Assembly: GCA_010909165.1 (NCBI GenBank)
Contig: MU008186.1
Location: forward strand, 248,001 to 312,000
Origin: Anthoceros angustus
Lineage: Eukaryota; Plantae; Anthocerotophyta
Direction: 5' to 3'
DNA length: 64,000 nucleotides
How positions within the stretch are numbered: the stretch's first letter is position 1; each line of letters opens with the position of its first letter. A program made the position numbers and the translations under genes. Positions 59,849 to 64,000 of this stretch are shown here, one piece after another. The notes under the pieces are model-generated. The model did no database searches and had not been told where the DNA came from. It saw only the letters and a program-made list of their open reading frames with translations.

Positions 59849-61516
59849 GAAGGCCATGAAAGTGCCGGTCTGCGCTGGGGCTGGTTGCGGCATGCGGCGT
59901 CTGGCGCAGACGGGAATAGCCACGGCCGCAGAAGCGCAATCGAGGAGCGATCAAAGACAAAGATGGCACAGGCTGCCCCCGGTCCCGCCCACCTCCCTCC
60001 TGCTCGCCCAGGAATCCAAGAACCCAGCAGGCCTGATTACAGCGCTCAGGTGGGCGGCTCTCTGCCGCCCCGCCCTCCCCGAGGATCTCCTCCACAGGCT
60101 CTTCCGGGACCGCAAGGTCCGGATCCTCCAGCAGCAGCAGGGTCAGGAGATGCGGAAGGTGGCAGGAAGCTCAGCAATGCAGGAGGGCGACGTGCTGTGC
60201 TTCCCGGAGCCGGTGATCCGGAGCTGCCGCGCCGCCAGGCGCGCAGGCTACGTCCGGGAACGTTCTGGCGCCGCCATGGCAGCCACCTCGAAGCTTCTGC
60301 ACCCGGAGCAGGTGCGGGCGGGGCTGCTCTACCAAGACCCCGAGCTCCTGCTGCTGAGCAAGCCCGGGGGCGGGGTGGATGCGGAGCGGGACATGGCGCC
60401 GGCTCTTCCTGGAAGCTTCCCGCCCTCGCCCAGCAGCTTCTCCACGCTCCGGAGGCCGGCGCTGGTGCAGGGCTGGACCCCGAGGCCACCGGCGTCGTCA
60501 CCTTCGCCCGAACCGCCCAGGAGCCGCCTTCTGCAGTCGGTGCTTTCCGAGAAGGAGGCGGCGGCGGCGGACATGGATGTGAGCTCGGTGCAGGACGCGG
60601 CGTCCGGGAGGCACGAGCTGCGGCGGGCGGGCTGGTGGAGCACGTTCTGCGAAGCTTCCGGCACAACCCGCTGCTGCATCCGTACTGGAGCCTGGAGATG
60701 GGGTCCCCGGAGCAGTTGCAAGCTCGGGTGTATGCTCCCCGCTCTTCCTCCGTGCTGGTCACCAACGGGAAGCTTCCCAACAAGATCGTGGTGGCGGATG
60801 TGGAGAGGCGGTTCTGGGCGCTGGTGGTGGGGCATCCGCCGGGCCAGCTGAGCGGGCTCATCTCCGCCCCGCTGCGCAGGATCGAGGATGCTTCGCGGGA
60901 GGAAGGTTCGGCGATGGTGGCGGTGGCGGCGCGAAGGGGGCCGGGGACCCAGGAGGCGCTCACGGAGTACCGGGTGCTGGGGAAGGGGATGATGGGTTGC
61001 ACTTGGCTGGAGCTCACGCCGCTCACGGATTGTTTGCACCAGGTGCGCGTGCACTGTGCTGCTGTCCTGGGAATGCCGATTGTGGGCGATTACCGGTACG
61101 GGTGGCGGGAGCATGAGGGGTGGCCTGGGTGTAGGAGGAAGGAGGTGGAACAAGAGGAGGAGGATGTTGTGGGGAGAAGGAGAGAGGATGGGGATTTGCT
61201 TTCTGAGAAGCCTGGGTTGCACTTGCATTGCAGGGTGGTTACGCTGCCTAATGTGGATGGCATTTTGTTTTCTTCCACCATGCGGAGATCGCAGAACTCG
61301 GTTGCCAGGCCTTTGTCTAACAAGGTGGTGGAGAGGCTGAAGAGGGTGATACGGATCACTGCTCCCTTGCCTCCGCACATGCTGGCGAGTTGGCATTTGA
61401 AGCATTTGCCTAATGTGTTTCTCACTAAGGAGGAGTATCCGGGATGGAGAGGGAGGGGCATTGACTCCGTGGAGAGGAAGAAAAAGAAGAAGAAGAAGAA
61501 CGAATATTGGAGATGA
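59849..61516 (+). CDS. RluA-family RNA pseudouridine synthase (organellar type), intronless, with several frameshifts in its GC-rich 5' half
   Basis: LHRLFRDRKVR, GLLYQDPELLLLSKPGG, LD PEATGVVTFART, RRFWALVVGHP, QEALTEYRVL, TWLELTPLT..LHQVRVHCA..LGMPIVGDYRYG, LHLHC and ITAPLPPHM are split across two frames. Confidence 0.85.
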   Translation, partial: EGHESAGLRWGWLRHAASGADGNSHGRRSAIEERSKTKMAQAAPGPAHLPPARPGIQEPSRPDYSAQVGGSLPPRPPRGSPPQALPGPQGPDPPAAAGSGDAEGGRKLSNAGGRRAVLPGAGDPELPRRQARRLRPGTFWRRHGSHLEASAPGAGAGGAALPRPRAPAAEQARGRGGCGAGHGAGSSWKLPALAQQLLHAPEAGAGAGLDPEATGVVTFARTAQEPPSAVGAFREGGGGGGHGCELGAGRGVREARAAAGGLVEHVLRSFRHNPLLHPYWSLEMGSPEQLQARVYAPRSSSVLVTNGKLPNKIVVADVERRFWALVVGHPPGQLSGLISAPLRRIEDASREEGSAMVAVAARRGPGTQEALTEYRVLGKGMMGCTWLELTPLTDCLHQVRVHCAAVLGMPIVGDYRYGWREHEGWPGCRRKEVEQEEEDVVGRRREDGDLLSEKPGLHLHCRVVTLPNVDGILFSSTMRRSQNSVARPLSNKVVERLKRVIRITAPLPPHMLASWHLKHLPNVFLTKEEYPGWRGRGIDSVERKKKKKKKNEYWR

Positions 61517-61735
61517 AACATGATGGTAAGATCGGATAAGGAAGAAGAAGAAGACGCAACATTGCAGAAAAGGATAAGGAGGGAGAAGGGCTTCCGAAGA
61601 AGCAGCAAAGGAGAAAAAACCAAGCAAGTCGAGAAACATGTGCTGTTTGGGACCATCTTATGAAGATGAGACAAGAAGAGCTTGCGCCCCCAACAGGGAT
61701 CAAACAGGGGAGCACAGAGGTGAGGTCCAGTGATC

Positions 61736-63294
61736 CTACTGTTTGAAAGGAATGGGAGTGAGCTGAGGAGATGGAGCGATCATGTCATCTTTGAGAATTT
61801 GGAGAAGGAATTTGCTGACTTTTCCTGGGGTTCCTGCAGGTGTTTCAGCATGGAAGAACGTGGTTGTAAGCGACTGGTGATGTAATGCAAAGACTGGGAC
61901 CGGAAGACTTAAAAGGACGGGAATCGAGGGTAAAGAGATTTCACCGTCTCCGACAGGTTGGCCATCCCAGTGGGTAACGGGCATGATGAGCACTCCGCTG
62001 CCCACCAGCATCATTTCAGGGCACGCTCTTGCCTCTTCCACGGTGATGTTGCCCACACGGATCCCAGTGAGAAGGCCGGCACCGTTGGAATGCGGCCCTG
62101 CTGCTGACGCCTGACTGCGTTGCTTGGACAGGAAGTCAGTCGCAAGGGCCAGCATCCTCTTGGCAGTGCAGCCTGCCAGAACCTTGTCGAAAGAGGGCAC
62201 CAGCAACACTCCAGAGCTGTTCACGAATGCCACGTTCATGTTGGGGCCTTCGGCTATGAATCCCTCCTCATCCAGCCAGATGCCAGCCTCCGTGTGACCA
62301 TCTATGGCCTCCATCTTGGCAAGGGCATTTGGGAGATAGTTCACACTTTTGACTGTTGCAAACTGGGGTGGCTTGATGGGAACAGAAGTGGTGATCACAG
62401 ACACCTGCTCCACATGTTTTTCTGTCTCTTCCACCACTATCGCATAGAAGGTGGATCTCACACACCTTGATGGAGAGAGGAGGAAGTTACCAGGACCAGC
62501 AGAGAGCCAATATCGCAGTAATCCGTTGCGAGAGTTGGATACTGCAGTTGTCTGTATCAGAATGTCCCTCATGGTTGCCCTGTCAAAGGGAAGAGTGATT
62601 CTGGCCTTGGCTGCCGACGTGAGAAATCGGTCTAGGTGAGCATCCAGCTCGTACAGATACCTGCCGCATGCAACAAAGCATCATCAAGAGCCCACCACTT
62701 CATTGAGAAAGCACCCTCTCTGCAACCCAGAAGCTGAGCTCACCCATCCACGAGGAGAGCAGTATCAAACACACCGTGGCCACGATGGACCATGTGATCA
62801 TCCAATGGGATGACCATTGCAGCAGGGTCGGTTGTGATTCCCCCAATCCAGCTGGAGTACATGGCTTTGAAGGTCTCCCTGGCTTCATCGTGGACATTGC
62901 TAGCAAGCTTAGCAGAAACCTGCACTCAAACCCAGCCGGACGATGTCAAAAACCCAAATTGACAAAATCAAAAAGAAACTCAAGCGAGCCAGCTAGCCAT
63001 GCTCACCTGAGACAGAGACAGCAAGGGAATGGGGATGCTGCTTCCCTCCTGCGACACCGCCTTCTTCTCTGCTTCCGCCGTCTTCTGCAGATGCGAAAAC
63101 CCATCTCCTCTCAGACCGAAGCTCAGCTCAGCTTCTTCAAGTCACGTCACACACAAGCTGCCACCACACTCAAGGTTCCTTGCCTGGGCAACTGCGGGAG
63201 ACAACGATCTGCTTGCTGCACGCACAACTACACCACCTTGAGGGACTGGGCAGCGGACCATCATGCCAACATTCGCTGCTGCTGCTGCAGCCAT
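61736..63294 (-). CDS. D-amino-acid transaminase / 4-amino-4-deoxychorismate lyase (class IV PLP enzyme) with plastid transit peptide; in-frame TGA at codon 51
   Basis: AMYSSWIGGITTDPAAMVIPLDDHMVHRGHGVFDTA, LYELDAHLDRF, FATVKSVNYLPNAL, WLDEEGFIAEGPNMNVAF, VLAGCTAKR and EMMLVGSG. Exon 1 frame was verified to the GTGAGC donor at 63006. Confidence 0.9.
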
Positions 63295-63722
63295 GCTCCA
63301 TCCCCCGCCAGCCTGAGTCCTCAATCCTTGCTGCCACAACCCACAAACAAACGGAATTCCGTGAGGAAGGCAGTGAGGAACCCACCCATCAGATTCTGCC
63401 CAGCTGTCTTCCTTCTTTGTTCCTTCCAAGCGGTGCCAAGGACTGCCCGCTCACCCGAGGAGGCCGAGGCAGGTGCAGAGACGTCTCCAGCGCAGCCGCT
63501 GCACACTGACAGGCCTCCATGTCGCTCGGACCCGGAAGACCAGCGTGCGAGGTTCTTGATCATCCCTCTTCTTCTTGACCGGTGCCACCAGCCTATCTGT
63601 ATGTACGTGAATCCGTAGGGCTCTAGATATTTCAGAGCGACGGAAATACTACTCCCTTGGCGTCAGGCGTCTCACACAGGAGATTCGTGCTCTCGCCTGC
63701 TGCACAGCAGGGCGATCTCCAC

Positions 63723-64000
63723 ATGGCAGCCTCCGTCGCCCCGTCCCTGACCCTTGGACTGGGACGGTGCCTGGGCAGTGCCAAGGCGCAAGCTTGGAGC
63801 CCACAGCCCGGGGTGAGTTCCGTTGTCTGACCAGATCTGAAGCAGAGTTTGGGAGTGTGAAGTCACCCGGATGTGGCTGGCTGTGTTTAGAGCAGCAGGA
63901 AGAGGAACCAGGTGTGTGCCTTGAACAAGGGGAGCAGCAGCAACAACAGCAGCTGGGGCAATGTGGATCAGTCCAGGAGGAGGTTTTTGAAGCTGGGAGC
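63723..64000 (+). CDS. 5' end of a probable plastid/thylakoid Tat-targeted precursor (truncated by the window edge)
   Basis: Exon 63723-63812 (MAASVAPSLTLGLG...), GTGAGT..TTTAG intron 63813-63890, then in-frame SSRKRNQVCALNKGSSSNNSSWGNVDQSRRRFLKLG. This is a Ser-rich transit peptide followed by a twin-Arg-like motif. Confidence 0.5.

Noticed and set aside
60460-60480. Catalytic HRLD apparently replaced by QGLD in the pseudouridine synthase (pseudo-enzyme)
   Set aside because: A 1-nt deletion falls inside this motif. LVQRLD is equally compatible, so loss of the Arg cannot be claimed.
60046-61674. 326-, 436- and 194-aa minus-strand ORFs
   Set aside because: Antisense shadows of the GC-rich pseudouridine synthase gene.

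Overview
Gene-dense eukaryotic nuclear DNA from a land plant. The short GT-AG introns, compact intergenic spaces and plant-type gene set suggest a non-seed plant such as a hornwort or other bryophyte (inference only). Recognisable genes, left to right: VPS45 (+); an intronless, bacterial-type GFSDG carboxylesterase with frameshifts (-); aldose 1-epimerase (-); a very large PHD-AWS-SET-postSET-Tudor H3K36-methyltransferase-like gene (+); an intronless F-box protein (-); a P2B Ca2+-ATPase (ACA, -) whose 5' 3 kb is tandemly duplicated; an ADA1/Tad1-domain SAGA subunit (+); an intact but very AT-rich V-ATPase subunit a (-); tRNA-Gly(GCC) (-) with three decayed copies; an intronless RluA-family pseudouridine synthase with frameshifts (+); a D-amino-acid transaminase/ADC lyase with an in-frame TGA in its transit peptide (-); and the start of a probable plastid Tat-targeted protein (+). 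Accessory material includes two relics of a CRE-like (RLE-endonuclease) non-LTR retrotransposon, a palindromic 70-bp repeat array containing plant telomere repeats, F-box/LRR pseudogene relics and several tandem duplications. One duplication copied the whole VHA-a / tRNA / PUS divergent promoter region. Several indel clusters look like long-read polishing errors, so the frameshift calls need read-level checking. Comparisons with Arabidopsis or bacterial consensus sequences are from memory and have not been computed.
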